DNA from: Paraspadella gotoi
Taxonomy: Eukaryota > Animalia > Chaetognatha
Reading direction: 5' to 3'
NCBI GenBank assembly: GCA_051294375.1
Contig: CM119266.1
Span: forward strand, 2,131,200-2,195,199
Length of the DNA: 64,000 bases
Shown: positions 13,260 through 26,521 of the stretch, in pieces
Layout of the letters: every line of letters begins with the position of its first letter
Numbering within the stretch: the stretch's first letter is position 1
Notes under the pieces: generated by a model
What the model saw: only the letters and a program-made list of their open reading frames with translations
Database searches by the model: none
What the model was told of the DNA's origin: nothing
Position numbers and translations under genes: made by a program

Positions 13260-13817
13260 TTCTCTGCTCTTAATTTATCTCAAATTTATAAAATCGCAGA
13301 TTTTCTCTCACTCTTAATAAGCACTTTATCAAAGGAAACATTAAGTAATTCGAAAGACCTTATCACTTTAATACGACAGGTGGCATAACTGACGTTTCAA
13401 TTGAGGTCATTTCCAAAAGCTTTTAGGGTAAAAGATAAGGAGGATATTAGAATTCTTTTAAGCAAACTACGAAACAACGTAATTAAAATAAGATACATAT
13501 GATAAGTCGACAATATGCAATATAGTGAAAGTGTAAACTGGGTTCCAATTGATTTTTTAGGAAAATTTATTTTAAGCCTAAGTCTTTGAACCCTTCGAAA
13601 AATTCCAAAGTGTGAAGTCTTACTTACTTATTCACTCTCACGCCATCCTTGTATTAATTCAATTAACCCTTACCACTACCACCCACAGTTGTTTTCACTC
13701 TCATCACCCCATTACCCTAAAACACCCCCATTTTTTTAAACTCATCTTTCCGTATCTCGTACGGAATCTTACTTACCCTCACCCTACCAAAATCAGCCTC
13801 CCAAAGTCGAAACTCAC

Positions 13818-15106
13818 CCGGAAACGATCCTGGATAATCGAGCGGTATCCTCGGGACGTACATGCTCGTGCGGGCGAGCCATTCCGCGTACGAGAGGCCC
13901 TGACTCTGGGCCGCCTTCAACGCGTGCTCCGCCGGCGACGGGAACGGAGAGTTGGGATAGCCGCCGCCGAGCCCCGCCGCGGCTGCTGCGGCCGCCGCTT
14001 GAATGGCTGGATGCGGATGTGGTCCGCGGATGTCGGCGGCCATCAATGCTGCGGCGGCGGCGGCGTTAGGCGGCGGTGGCCCGCCGTTGAGGCCCGCGTG
14101 AGCGAAGAAGGGATGTCCAGCGCCGGGAGGGAAGATCGCCCCGTGAGGCGGCGCTGCGGAGACGACGACGGCGCCGTTAGAGGCGGAGGTGAAGGGCGGG
14201 TGCAGTCCTGCGCCGCCGGGTCCGCCGGCGCCGCCAAACGTCGGGTGCATGTTCAAGAGTCCCGGGCGCGGCACGATGCTGGAAGGGTGAGGATGCAGTT
14301 TGAGTCCCGCGGCGCCGGGGAGACCCGAAAGCGACGCCGGGATTGGCGGCGATCCGGCGCCCGAAGATCCGGCGCCCATCGGAGATTCTCGCGAAGCCGC
14401 GCGGGACGGAGACTTGGAAGTCTCGGACGAGCCGCTCGGAGAAGGTGGGCCAGTGGAGAGAAGCGCTGGATTGTTGTTGTTGTTGTTGATGTTGTGATGA
14501 TGTTGATGATGGATATGGAGAGAGGAGGTCGGGGGTGGGGAGGAAGAAGAGGAGGAAGGGCGGAAGGGTTGAGGTGGAGTCAGGGTCGGGGTTTTCGAGG
14601 AAGAGGAAGAGGAGGAGGAAGAAGCCGAGGTGATGGCGACTTTAAAGGCTGCCGCTGCAGCCGCGGCGGCCGCTGCTGCGGCTGGGGAGAGTTTGGCGGC
14701 GAGGAGCGGAGGAGTCGAGGAAGCCATGGAGGAAGAAGAAGTGGACGAGGAGGAGGAAGAAGCGGAGGAGGCTGCGGCGGCGGCGGCGATGGCGGCGGCC
14801 GCCGTTTCCGGTTTCGCCAACAGATCGTCGATGCGGAACGATTTGGCGTTGTTGAGTCCGGCGGCGGCGGCGGCTGCCGCGGCGGAGGCGGCGTCCAGTT
14901 TTCTCGGCACCGGAGAGACGAGGGAGACGGGCGCGCCGGCGCCAGCTCCGCCGAGGGCTCCGCCAAGGCGCGCCGCTATGGAGATGGGGACGTGGGGCGC
15001 CAGGGCGCCGCCGAGGGCTCCCGCGGCGGCCTGAGCGGCCAGCAAAGCGGCGGCGGCGGCGTGGTGCAGGGTGTGCCACGAGGGGGGACCGGTTTTGATG
15101 AGCCAT
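13818..15106 (-). CDS. Mnx: Probable first coding exon of an Mnx/Hb9 (exex)-class homeobox gene; homeobox exons not seen
   Basis: eh1 motif KSFRIDDLLA (cf. MNX1 KNFRIDALLA), poly-Ala/Ser/His tracts, and AEHALKAAQ..YAEWLARTSMYVPRIPLDY resembling the pre-homeodomain Mnx motif. Ends at a G|GTGAGT donor (13817-13812). The ATG at 15106 needs a 1-nt frameshift near 15070 to join the main frame. Confidence 0.7.
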
Positions 15107-15344
15107 CGGGGGCGGTGGAAAGGCGGGAATTGCGCATGGCAGGGGCGGATGTGGGGGGCATTCGAGGGATGGAGGGATATGGGGTAACAGGAAGGGGGTT
15201 CAGAGAACAGGGGTGTGGAAGGACTTCTTCTGTGTCGAATGGAGATTTAAGAAAAATGAATCGACGAGATTATTTTTAGGGAAGTTTGTTAGTTTGTTAA
15301 GAAGTCGATAAAAGTGGCGCAGAGACGATTTCTTTTCGCTCTGT

Positions 15345-15495
15345 TTTGGCGCAGTGATTGGCGCAGTGTTTGACGCAGGGTTTGGCGCAGTTATTGACGA
15401 TTTCTTTTCGCTCTGTTTTGGCGCAGTGTTTGACGCAGGGTTTGGCGCAGTGATTGGCGCAGTGTTTGGCGCAGTGATTGCGCAGTGTTTGACGC
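15345..15495. repeat. ~14-bp tandem repeat (ttggcgcagtgttt) upstream of the Mnx-like exon
   Basis: About 8 imperfect copies. Confidence 0.8.
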
Positions 15496-16224
15496 CCTAC
15501 AAACTTTCGTGATTTCTGGAAGACTTTTTTGAAGTCGGATGAATTCGAATACTGTTTTTAAAAATATAAAGCAACGTGAAAAAATGTCACGATCTAAATC
15601 ACTTGCGTTCTATGTTCACGAATTGTAGGGAATGTTTTAATTCACTCTGTCTGTGATATTTAGGCGCCGTAAGATAAAATACGAGCGTAGGTAAAGAGAG
15701 GAAAACGTGAAAAAAAGATAGAAAGATGTGAGATGAGACAGAAGACGCTGACGGAGATAGAGACGGCAAAAGAAGAGCGAGAGTGATGCAGAGTCCGAGA
15801 GAGATAGAGAGGGAGTGAGACGAAGAGAAAATTCTTTTATCTTTTTTGACGGGGAAAAAAAAGGGAAAGAATTGAGTTATCGTTTTTCGAGTCGCAAAAT
15901 CGCGAAGAGTGATATTTGGAATCCGACGGAATCACGCATTTGGAACGGGGGGGAGGAGGAAGAGGAGGAGGAGGAGGAGGATGCGCCGGATGAGGAAGGG
16001 AAGAGAAACGGGAAGAGGAAGAGGAGGATGAGAAAGAATCGGAAGAAACGAGGAGGATTCGTCGAAGGCGTCGAGAGCGGCGATGACGATGGCAACGTCG
16101 ATGGAATCGGCGAAGAATGGAACCGACGACGACGACGATAAATACGACGATGACAACGACGACGACGACGACGACGACCACAAGAATATCCCCTCTAAAT
16201 TACGTCGACAATTGGTGAAAACGG

Positions 16225-16255
<31 letters not shown>

Positions 16256-16294
16256 AGAAGAGAGAGAGAGAGAGAGAGAGAAGAGAGAGAGAGG

Positions 16295-16325
<31 letters not shown>

Positions 16326-17107
16326 TGTTTCTAGCGACAGTACTAGTGGACACTTTAGCGTTTTCCTTTCTTCTCTTTTTCTTTTTTTTAAACGTCCGAC
16401 GGTCCGCCTTTTCGTCGATTATTTCCACAGCGGAGATTAATTAATTCCTTCAGCATTGATTAATTTATTTTCTGAGCGATGATTAATTAATCTTCACATC
16501 GATTAATCTTTTTTTTTTCGCTCTTGGCGAGAAAATCTTTTCGGAGCGCCTTTTGTTCACGTGATTTCACATTCGTTCACCGAGAATCTTCGTTTACAAC
16601 ATTTGAAAATCTTTCTCTTCGTTTATTTGAGATTCATTTGCAAGGATTATGGACCTAATGGCTCAATCACTTAATTGGTACAAAATACTATACATTCATT
16701 CAATAAATAAATAAGATAAGACTTTGGACAGGCTATGGGTGAGTTAAGACTTCCTTCTCTCTATAAAGATAACAGCACGGCAGAGCCCAGCAAGTTTTTA
16801 ATCAAGACAGTTAATTAACTAACAAAGCACCTCACTTAACTTTAATGAAGTTATATTTTTAAAAGCTTTCTCTATTATATAATGGGCCACACCTTTAAAT
16901 TTGATCTTTTTCAATGTTTTCTTTGTATTTAATGTTTAAATTCCGTGATTCGTCACGAAAAACTCTTCGACGATTTCTTCCACTTTCTCGATTTCTGTGA
17001 ATTTTTGATAATGAGATTTGGAATTCGACGATCAGCGTGAAGTCGTGATCTTCACCAAAACTCGATTCTCCTTCACAAATCCGCGCGTTTTTTCACGTGA
17101 CTCTCTC

Positions 17108-18537
17108 AGACGCAATGCACGAAGCAGTGGTCGGATCGCGCCCCCATTACCGTGAAGCGTAGGCGCCTACAATAATCGATCGGCCATTCGCTCCGCTCGC
17201 CCGTCAAAGAAAACGCCCAAGTCCATCAAAAGCGTTGTCGATGTGTGTAGACATTCGGTCGATTGTTTCGCATAACCAATCCGGAAAAATCCGGTAGAAA
17301 AAGTTGAGTATCGTAATGAACGCGGAAAAGGTCTATGGATCGGGTGTGCCGACAGTTATAAGATTTTCTCGCGAGTGACCAGATTCTCCAGAATCCCCCC
17401 AACCTGAGTTCTAAACCAAATCCAGGGCGTCCACATCTCATAGCCAATCGTTTCGACGGCCGAGGGATTCCAGAATTTGCGAGAGTCCAGAAAATAAATT
17501 TCTGATCTCCAAAGGATCCGGAAAGTTCGACTCCTTCCAAGCGAATCTCGTGAGCGTTTTGACCTGAGCGAAATTGACGGCCGCCTGCAAAGTTGCGCGA
17601 AGGTTGCAGCGGTTGCGATCGCATCGACGTCGCACTTTGTTTAGTTCACTCGCGCTGAGTTGAAGAGGGATCATGCGAAGTCTTCCCGGCGGCTGAGATG
17701 GCCTCTCTGGTCGAGGAGTGAAGTTGAAGAAAGAGCAAGCTGGGGGCCAAAGGCATGACGTTAAAGGTTTTCATCCACTTGCGAGGGAGGTAGAGCATGG
17801 CTTGTGTCAATGAAGGTAGTTTCCTAAGTCTTCGGCAACAATCTCTTTGTAGAAAGTCGGCAACGTCTGTGCGAGTGCAGATTGCATGTCGTCAACTGGC
17901 TGGTGGATCAGTTCCTTGACAAGTTGATCACCGAACCCATGAGGGACTTACTGTCGATAATTCGTGATGAATGAAGGTGCCGATAATAACACTTTGTGTT
18001 TCTTATTGTGAACGGAGCCTTGGAGCTTCTTCACCCTCCACAGCGGGCCTACGCGGGAGTCTATAGGCTCGCAAATGTCTTTTTCTAGAACGCCCAACCA
18101 GTTGTCCGTGTCTAGGGCCTCGAAATTAAAGACGAAAACTCTTCCATCTCCACGAAATATAAAAGATCGTCGCATTTCGGAAATCCATTCTCATCTTGCT
18201 CTCCGTCTAAGGCGCGATTCGAAGCTCAGCATCGGATTGGCAGCCGCCACCCTCCACAACGCCCTCTCAGCGCACTCTCCTTCAACGGCGCCACGCCCTC
18301 GAAAAAAGAAGGCGATCGAGAGAAGGTAATGTCCGCGGAGTTGGCCGTGCTCCAAGAGGGCGTGTAGTATTCCAGAGGCGGCCGAGTCGCCCGTCAAGAA
18401 TACGACGCACGCGGCGAACTTTGTCCTCGTATTTACGCCGACGATGGAAATAGTCGAAGAGGAAATAAGATGAGACGATGACGACGAGGAAAACCCGACA
18501 ATCGAAACAGTGACCCCAATAAACTCTTTACTCCCAT
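17108..18537 (-). pseudogene. Frameshifted, 3'-truncated inverted copy of the acyltransferase gene
   Basis: Same peptides as 22614-24167 (ALLEHGQLRGHYLLSIAFFF, FEALDTDNWLGVLEKD, MIPLQLSASELNK) scattered over several frames. Confidence 0.85.
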
Positions 18538-19137
18538 TTAATTAGCAAAATGTTAAAAAAAAAAAAGTATTAAAAAAAATTTCATAAAAGGTTACGTTTC
18601 AAGTTATATGAGCTTGTTGCTAAGACTTTTTTTTCCTCTGAGTTATAAAAGCTTTTTTTGTATTCTTGAATATAGTATTCTCTTTGGGTTAACAATTTTT
18701 TTGGAAATTCAATAGTAAATTTTTTATAATGAGCAAAAAAGAAGGATCCTAACTTATTACTTTTTACTCTGAGTTATAATATTTCTTGTAACGGATAATG
18801 CAAGATGATTCAACAAATCATAATTTTCCTAATACCTCGCGCGAAGTCAGGAATTTGTAAATTTCATTTGTTACCGGCGACGCGTCGCCTTGTTATCTTA
18901 ACAATCGCTATCAAACAACAACAACGACAACAATCCTATCGGGAAATTCGCTTCTTCTTGAGTCCTTGAAAAGGAGGAGGAGGAGGAGGAGGAGGAGAAG
19001 GAAGAGGAAGAGGATAAACATAAAGGTAAAAGGGAGAAAAAGCGATATAGAAAAAAGAATTTGCTTCATCAGGTTGTAAAAGCGGAAGACCGACTTGGGT
19101 GTCAAGAGCGAGAGAGAGGCAGAGAGAGAGAGAGAAG

Positions 19138-19185
<48 letters not shown>

Positions 19186-19431
19186 CAGAGAGAGAGAGAG
19201 AGATGGAGACGTTTCGATAAAGGAGAGGAGCCGGGGTCAAGATACTTGCGATGAGACGAGTAAGAGATGATGAGGAGGGGAAGAGGAGGGAGGAGGAGGG
19301 AGGTGAAGGAAGGAGGAGGAAGAGGAGGAGGAAAATGGTTTCAAAGACGACGGTGGTACGGTACGTGTGTGGGCGTGCGCAATGTGAGTGGACAGTGTGC
19401 GCACTTCGCCGGACGATGTGAACGGTGGCCC

Positions 19432-19509
<78 letters not shown>

Positions 19510-19736
19510 CTCTCTGTCAAAAGTGGACCTCCTTGAAAAACGTAGCTGGATAACATCGATTTCAATCAAAAGGCTTTGGTAGAGAGGCGCTACTTCTTCC
19601 CGATGTCACTTTGTTTGTACATCAGTTATTGCGTTTTCGTCGTCGTCGTCGTCGTCGTCATCTTCGTCCCGGTCGTGGAGAGATAAGGGAAATCAAGGAC
19701 CAAACGGAAACGGAGTCGTTTTTCGAGTCGGTGTCA

Positions 19737-19771
<35 letters not shown>

Positions 19772-21410
19772 TTTTTATCGTATTCTCCGTACTTCATCTT
19801 CTTATCACTTTTCCCTCTCGAAGTCGTAATCGTTGACTTTCTTATCACATTACATTGACTCTCATTATCGTCTTCGCTTTCGTTTACAAAGTCTTGAGTC
19901 ATTTTCCTTTTCAATTACGTATGATTAAGATGTTATTTAGAAGCATAATTACAAAATGTCGTTACATTTTTGTTACATCATTACATTTTCGCGATAAAAA
20001 AAAAATGGGCACCCACACCTCGACCCTCGCATCGACCCACACGATTGCGATGCATCTGGCTGATCTTTCGTCCCTGTGGGGACAAATCCCATTTGTCCCC
20101 TCTCCGATTGTCCTCTCGTCCCGATTGTCCTAATATCCGATTGTCCGATTGTGCGCACGTTTTTAATTGTTCACCAGTCAGAATTAACTCTTTTTCAGAA
20201 TTCTGCTAAATTTTTTCCAAAAAAATTAAGACCAAATCGATTGGAAGACAACAAACTTACAGAGACAAAAAAATAAATGTTTAAAAATTGACTTTAATTT
20301 ACATTTAGTCAATTATTTTTTTTCATGTGGGACGAAAAAGCTAGTACTACTTTTTAATAAGTGAATTCGCCATCTTCGTCAGGTTCCGTCGAGGATCTTC
20401 GAGGAGTTTGCCTCTTTAGTTTTCGTCTGGAAGAGAGTTACGTGATGGAGACAGAGTCAGCGGATGGAGAGAGAGAGTCACGTGATTGAGAGAAACTATC
20501 TTTGATGGAGAGGGAGAGAGAGGTCAAGTGACGGAGCAAGAGAGAGACGTATGAGAGTAGAATAGAGAGAGAGAGAGAGAGAGAGAGAGANNNNNNNNNN
20601 NNNNNNNNNNNNNNNCTCTCCATCACGTCTCTCTCTTGCTCCGTCACTTGACTCTCTCTCTCCCTCTCCATCAAGATAGTTTCTCTCAATCACGTGACTC
20701 TCTCTCTCCATCCGCTGACTCTGTCTCCATCACGTAACTCTCTCTCAGACGAAAACTAAAGAGGCAAACTCCTCGAAGATCCTCCGACGGAACCTGACCG
20801 AAGATGGCGAATTCACTTATTAAAAAGTAGTACTAGCTTTTTCGTCCCACATGAAAAAAAATAATTGACTAAATGTAAATTAAAGTCAATTTTTAAACAT
20901 TTATTTTTTTTGTCTCTGTAAGTTGTGTTGTCTCTCAATCGATTTGGTCTTAAATTTTTTTGGAAAAAAATTTAGCAGAATTCTGAAAAAGAGTTAATTC
21001 TGACTGGTGAACAATTAAAAACGTGCGCACAATCGGACAGTCGGATATTAGGACAATCGGACGAGAGGACAATCGGACGAGGGGACAAATGGGATTGTCC
21101 CCACAGGGACGAAAGATCAGCCAGATGCATCGCAATCGTGTGGGTCGATGCGAGGGTCGAGGTGTGGGTGGCCAATTTTTTTTTTATCGCGAAATGTAAT
21201 GATGTAACAAAAATGTAACGACATTTTTGTAATTATGCTTCTAAATAACATCTTAATCATACGTAATTGAAAAAGGAAAATGACTCAAGACTTTGTAAAC
21301 GAAAGCGAAGACGATAATGAGAGTCAATGTAATGTGATAAGAAAGTCAACGATTACGACTTCGAGAGGGAAAAGTGATAAGAAGATGAAGTACGGAGAAT
21401 ACGATAAAAA

Positions 21411-21445
<35 letters not shown>

Positions 21446-21664
21446 TGACACCGACTCGAAAAAACGACTCCGTTTCCGTTTTGTCCTTGATTTCCCTTAT
21501 CTCTCCACGACCGGGACGAAGATGACGACGACGACGACGACGACGAAACGCAATAAACTGATGTACAAACAAAGTGACATCGGGAAGAAGTAGCGCCTCT
21601 CTACCAAAGCCTTTTGATTGAAACGATGTTATCCCAGCTACGTTTTTCAAGGAGGTCCACTTTT

Positions 21665-21738
<74 letters not shown>

Positions 21739-21968
21739 GCGGGCCACCGTTCACATCGTCCGCGCGAAGTGCGCCACACTGTCCACTCACATTGCGCACG
21801 CACACACACGTACACGTAACCGTCGTCTTTGAAACCATTTTCCTCCTCCTCTTCCTCCTCTTCCTCCTCCTTCCTTCACCTCCTCCTCCTCCTCCTCTTC
21901 CCTCCTCACATCCTCTTACTCGTCTCATCGCAAGTATCTTGACCCCGGCTCTCTCCTTTATCGAAACG

Positions 21969-22052
<84 letters not shown>

Positions 22053-24036
22053 CTCTCCTGACACCCAAGTCGGTCTTTCCGCTTTTACAACCTGATGAAG
22101 CAAATTCTTTTTCTATATCGCTTTTTCTCCCTTTTACCCTTATCCTCTTCCTCTTCCTTCTCCTCCTCCTCCTCCTCCTCCTCCTTGTCAAGGACTCAAG
22201 AAAGAAGCGAATTTCCCGATAGGATTGTTGTCGTTGTTGTTGTTTTGATAGCGATTGTTAAGATAACAAGGCGACGCGTCGCCGGTAACAAATGAATTTA
22301 CAATTCCTGACTTCGCGCGAGGTATTAGGAAATTATGATTTGTTGAATCATCTTGCATTATCCGTTACAAGAAATATTATAACTCGAGTAAAAAGTAATA
22401 AGTTAGGATTCCTTCTTTTTGCTCATTATAAAAAATTTACTATTGAATTTCCAAAAAATATGTTAACCCAAAGAGAATACTATATTCAAGAATACAAAAA
22501 AAGCTTTTATAACTCAGAGGAAAAAAAAGTCTTAGCAACAAGCTCATATACTTGAAACGTAACCTTTTATGAATTTTTTTTAATCTTTTTTTTTTTAACA
22601 TTTTGCTAATTAAATGGGAGTAAAGAGTTTATTGGGGTCACTGTTTCGATTGTCGGGTTTCCTCGTCGTCATCGTCTCATCTTATTTCCTCTTCGACTAT
22701 TTCCATCGTCGGCGTAAATACGAGGACAAAGTTCGCCGCGTGCGTCGTATTCTTGACGGGCGACTCGGCCGGCCTCTGGAATACTACGACGCCCTCTTGG
22801 AGCACGGCCAACTCCGCGGACATTACCTTCTCTCGATCGCCTTCTTTTTCGAGGGCGTGGCGCCGTTGAAGGAGAGTGCGCTGACGAGGGCGTTGTGGAG
22901 GGTGGCGGCTGCCAATCCGATGCTGAGGCTTCGAATCGACGCCTTAGACGGAGAGCAAGATGAGAATGGATTTCCGAAATGCGACGATCTTTTATATTTC
23001 GTGGAGATGGAAGAGTTTCGTCTTAATTTCGAGGCCCTAGACACGGACAACTGGTTGGGCGTTCTAGAAAAAGACATTTGCGAGCCTATAGACTCCCGCG
23101 TAGGCCCGCTGTGGAGGGTGAAGAAGCTCCAAGGCTCCGTCACCAATAAGAAACACAAAAGTGTTATTATCGGCACCTTTCATCACGGAATTATCGACAG
23201 TAAGTCCCTCATGGTGTTCGGTGATCAACTTGTCAAGGAACTGATCCACCAGCCAGTTGACGACATGCAATCTGCACTCGCACAGACGTTGCCGACTTTC
23301 TACAAAGAGATTGTTGCCGAAGACTTTAGAAAACTACCTTCATTGACACAAGCCATGCTCTACCTCCTCGGCAAGTGGATGAAAACCTTTAACGTCATGC
23401 CTTTGGCCCCAGCTTGCTCTTTCTTCAACTTCACTCCTCGGCCAGAGAGGCCATCTCAGCCGCCGGGAAGACTTCGCATGATCCCTCTTCAACTCAGCGC
23501 GAGTGAACTAAACAAAGTGCGACGTCGATGCGATCGCAACCGCTGCAACCTTCGCGCAACTTTGCAGGCGGCCGTCAATTTCGCTCAGGTCAAAACGCTC
23601 AACGAGATTCGCTTGGAAGGAGTCGAACTTCCGGATCCTTTGGAGATCAGAAATTATTTTCTGGACTCTCGCAAATTCTGGAATCCCTCGGCCGTCGAAA
23701 CGATTGGCTATGAGATGTGGACGCCCTGGATTTGGTTTAGAACTCAGGTTGGGGGGATTCTGGAGATCTGGTCACTCGCGAGAAAATCTTATAACTGTCG
23801 GCACACCCGATCCATAGACCTTTTCCGCGTTCATACGATACTCAACTTTTTCTACCGGATTTTTCCGGATTGGTTAATGCGAAACAATCGACCGAATGTC
23901 TACCACATCGACAACGCTTTGATGGACTTGGGCGTTTTCTTTGACGGGCGAGCGGAGCGATGGCCGATCGATATTGTAGGCGCCTACGCTTCACGTAATG
24001 GGGCGCGATCCGACCACTGCTTCGTGCATTGCGTCT
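17108..24036. repeat. ~3.45-kb-arm inverted duplication centred on the N-gap at 20591-20615
   Basis: 17108-20590 is the reverse complement of 20616-24036, differing mainly by 1-nt indels and microsatellite lengths. Confidence 0.95.
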
Positions 24037-24167
24037 TCTCTATCCGCGGCCGGCTCTTCTGGACGATCTCCTTCGACGAGTGCGTGTTCTCGGCCGAGCT
24101 GGGGGCAGCCTTTGCGGAGAACGTGGAGGCGATGTTGCGGAAAATTGTTAAGGGGAGGAGTGGTTGA
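22614..24167 (+). CDS. Intronless CoA-dependent acyltransferase superfamily protein (alcohol acetyltransferase / condensation-domain-like) with N-terminal membrane anchor, 517 aa
   Basis: Complete ATG-to-TGA ORF. Hydrophobic N-terminus, LTRALWRVAAANPMLR, GPLWRV, and catalytic-type FHHGIIDS (HHxxxD). C-terminal FSIRGRLFWTISFD beta-strand/helix pattern typical of the fold. Confidence 0.8.
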   Translation: MGVKSLLGSLFRLSGFLVVIVSSYFLFDYFHRRRKYEDKVRRVRRILDGRLGRPLEYYDALLEHGQLRGHYLLSIAFFFEGVAPLKESALTRALWRVAAANPMLRLRIDALDGEQDENGFPKCDDLLYFVEMEEFRLNFEALDTDNWLGVLEKDICEPIDSRVGPLWRVKKLQGSVTNKKHKSVIIGTFHHGIIDSKSLMVFGDQLVKELIHQPVDDMQSALAQTLPTFYKEIVAEDFRKLPSLTQAMLYLLGKWMKTFNVMPLAPACSFFNFTPRPERPSQPPGRLRMIPLQLSASELNKVRRRCDRNRCNLRATLQAAVNFAQVKTLNEIRLEGVELPDPLEIRNYFLDSRKFWNPSAVETIGYEMWTPWIWFRTQVGGILEIWSLARKSYNCRHTRSIDLFRVHTILNFFYRIFPDWLMRNNRPNVYHIDNALMDLGVFFDGRAERWPIDIVGAYASRNGARSDHCFVHCVFSIRGRLFWTISFDECVFSAELGAAFAENVEAMLRKIVKGRSG

Positions 24168-24439
24168 TCTCAATGTCGGACGTGATAGCATAGAGGGGAA
24201 ACGATCCTATAACTAAAACGCGACTGAATTCCGGTGATTAANNNNNNNNNNACGATCCTATAACTAAAACGCGACGGAATTCCGGTGATTAAACCTTAAT
24301 TTTTTTTAATTATTGTGGTAATTATTTAATATGTAAAAGTAAAACACTGAACACATGACTTTTGCATTTGTCAATCACTTAGATTTAATGAAATCTAGGA
24401 AGGAGCTGCGCAAGACCTATTTGTTGTTTTATTACGGAT

Positions 24440-24562
24440 AAAATAAAATCTGCTATGTCATTATCTTGTAAGGGTGATGGAGGCCTTAAACCACCAAAGC
24501 CTGTCCAAAGTCAGGGGCAGTAGCTTATTTATCAAATGAATGGATAATTTTTAAATTGGTTA
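24440..24562 (-). repeat. Copy of a dispersed short repeat family (core ggacaggctttggtggtttaaggcctccatcac)
   Basis: Related copies at ~4800-4855, ~16675-16810, ~44390-44456 (partial) and ~56668-56792. Confidence 0.75.
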
Positions 24563-24708
24563 TACTAATTTCATTAATTAATTATAAATTTAAAAGTAAA
24601 AATAACAGCGCTAGCTTTGAGGAAATTAGAAATTGAAAATGAATATTTGTAAGCACCTTGTAAAGAGCCGAAATCTATTGATAGATTGAAACTTATTTAA
24701 TTTTCTTT

Positions 24709-24759
<51 letters not shown>

Positions 24760-25461
24760 ACAATACTTCGAAATATATTTCACTCGCAGAAATGATTGGA
24801 TCATTTTGGCGAAATCAATGGACCCGTTCGTCATCTGCGTCAAAACAAAGATCCGCGTCATGTTTGTTGTAGACTACGTCAACTGACATCGAAACAGCTG
24901 CGCCACGCAACATCTGTTTGCGCAGGGCCTTTAATTTCTTCTCATTAACTCTTCCATTACGTTGGAAAATTCGAGATGAAAGGATTTCATTCATGAAAGG
25001 AATTTGTTGGATTTTTTTTAATAATCGAAGCTTTTGAAAAGTTGTTTTTATTTACAGAATATTTAAATAAGCCTCAGGCTGATATTTCAGTAAAATTTCT
25101 TGAAAGAAATAGTCAATGATGCAGATACTGATATTTTTTCGTGCCCATTCGCTATGCTCTTCATTATTTTTTTCGACGCCCGAGTTAATTTCATCTTTTT
25201 TCTTTCTTTATTTGCTAATATTATTAAGTCGCCAAATGCCGATGTAACGGGTTATTATTGCGAGTAGGCGATCGCCCTTCCAAAAATGTCGGTCTACCTT
25301 TTTTGGTCCGAAAACTCCATTTGACATTTTCCACCAAAAATATTTTCTTTTTTTTTCTTCTCTTTCTTTTTTTTTTTTTTTTTTGTTTCTCCCTTTTCTT
25401 TTTATTTGCTCCTCGGTTTACATCTTTTATTTTCTTTCAAGATTATTACCCTCTCCAGGTT

Positions 25462-25507
<46 letters not shown>

Positions 25508-26141
25508 TCTCTCTCTCTCAACCGCAACAAATGGGTTTTGCTTCGATCAAAAAAATCCTATTCTGAGGAAACATTAAAAGGAAAAAAATGAAAAATTGTT
25601 TATAATAAAAAAAGGGAAATCAAGAAATGATAGATGGCTCTGTAACACGAAGAAAATTCCCGCGCATTTTTATTATTTTTCTTTTTTTTTTGGACAAAAA
25701 TGAAAATTTTCTTTCGTCGCTTAACCACATGGGATCTGGGAAGGGGTGTGGAAGGGTGAGTGGTTTCGGAAGGGGCTGAGGGTCGAAAGGAGGTAAGCAT
25801 ATAGCGAGGTGGAGGAAGAAGGTATGGCTTAAATGTGAGCTGACGTGGCACACTAGTTTTCTTGATGGTAAGTGATGTGGATTAATCTGGTGTGGCTTGT
25901 TATAATTTGGACATCAATTAAGTCCCAATTTAAGTTGAGAATTGGGGGAGGAAAAAAGAAAATTACTGAGCCTTCGCAAAAAATAAAGTTTTATCGGTAA
26001 AGCCCGGTAGTTGTATCATCATCTGTAATAATCTCTCTTTCTTCTTAAGAAATGAGTCCCTCGAAAAACGAAGACATCTGTTTTAGAGCGAAAAGAAAAT
26101 TGTAAAGTGAGTTAATTTTGAGCGAGACTCCGTGAGAAGGT

Positions 26142-26220
<79 letters not shown>

Positions 26221-26479
26221 GCATCTGTGCAAAGTAAGCGATGGGTGGGCCGACCGCATCGCAAGTGGGTGGGCTGCCGCAGCGGCGATTCTTTTCAAAA
26301 AAACTATTTCTCTTCTTCTTTTTTTTTAATAAATCGAATATTAAGTTAAAAGAATTCGTTTTGAGGATGGAAATATGTATTTCTGAGGGTTTTTTTCTTT
26401 CATTATCTTCCCTGCGATAAGAGCGCTATTCTTCTTTCTCTCCTTCTCTCTCTCCTCTCCTTCTCTCTCTTCTTCTTCT

Positions 26480-26521
<42 letters not shown>

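Noticed and set aside
13612-15279. 555-aa Arg/Gly-rich plus-strand ORF
   Set aside because: Antisense shadow of the GC-rich Mnx-like exon; the recognisable motifs and the splice donor are on the minus strand.
24201-24292. 41-bp direct repeat downstream of the acyltransferase
   Set aside because: It flanks a 10-N gap; contig overlap artefact.
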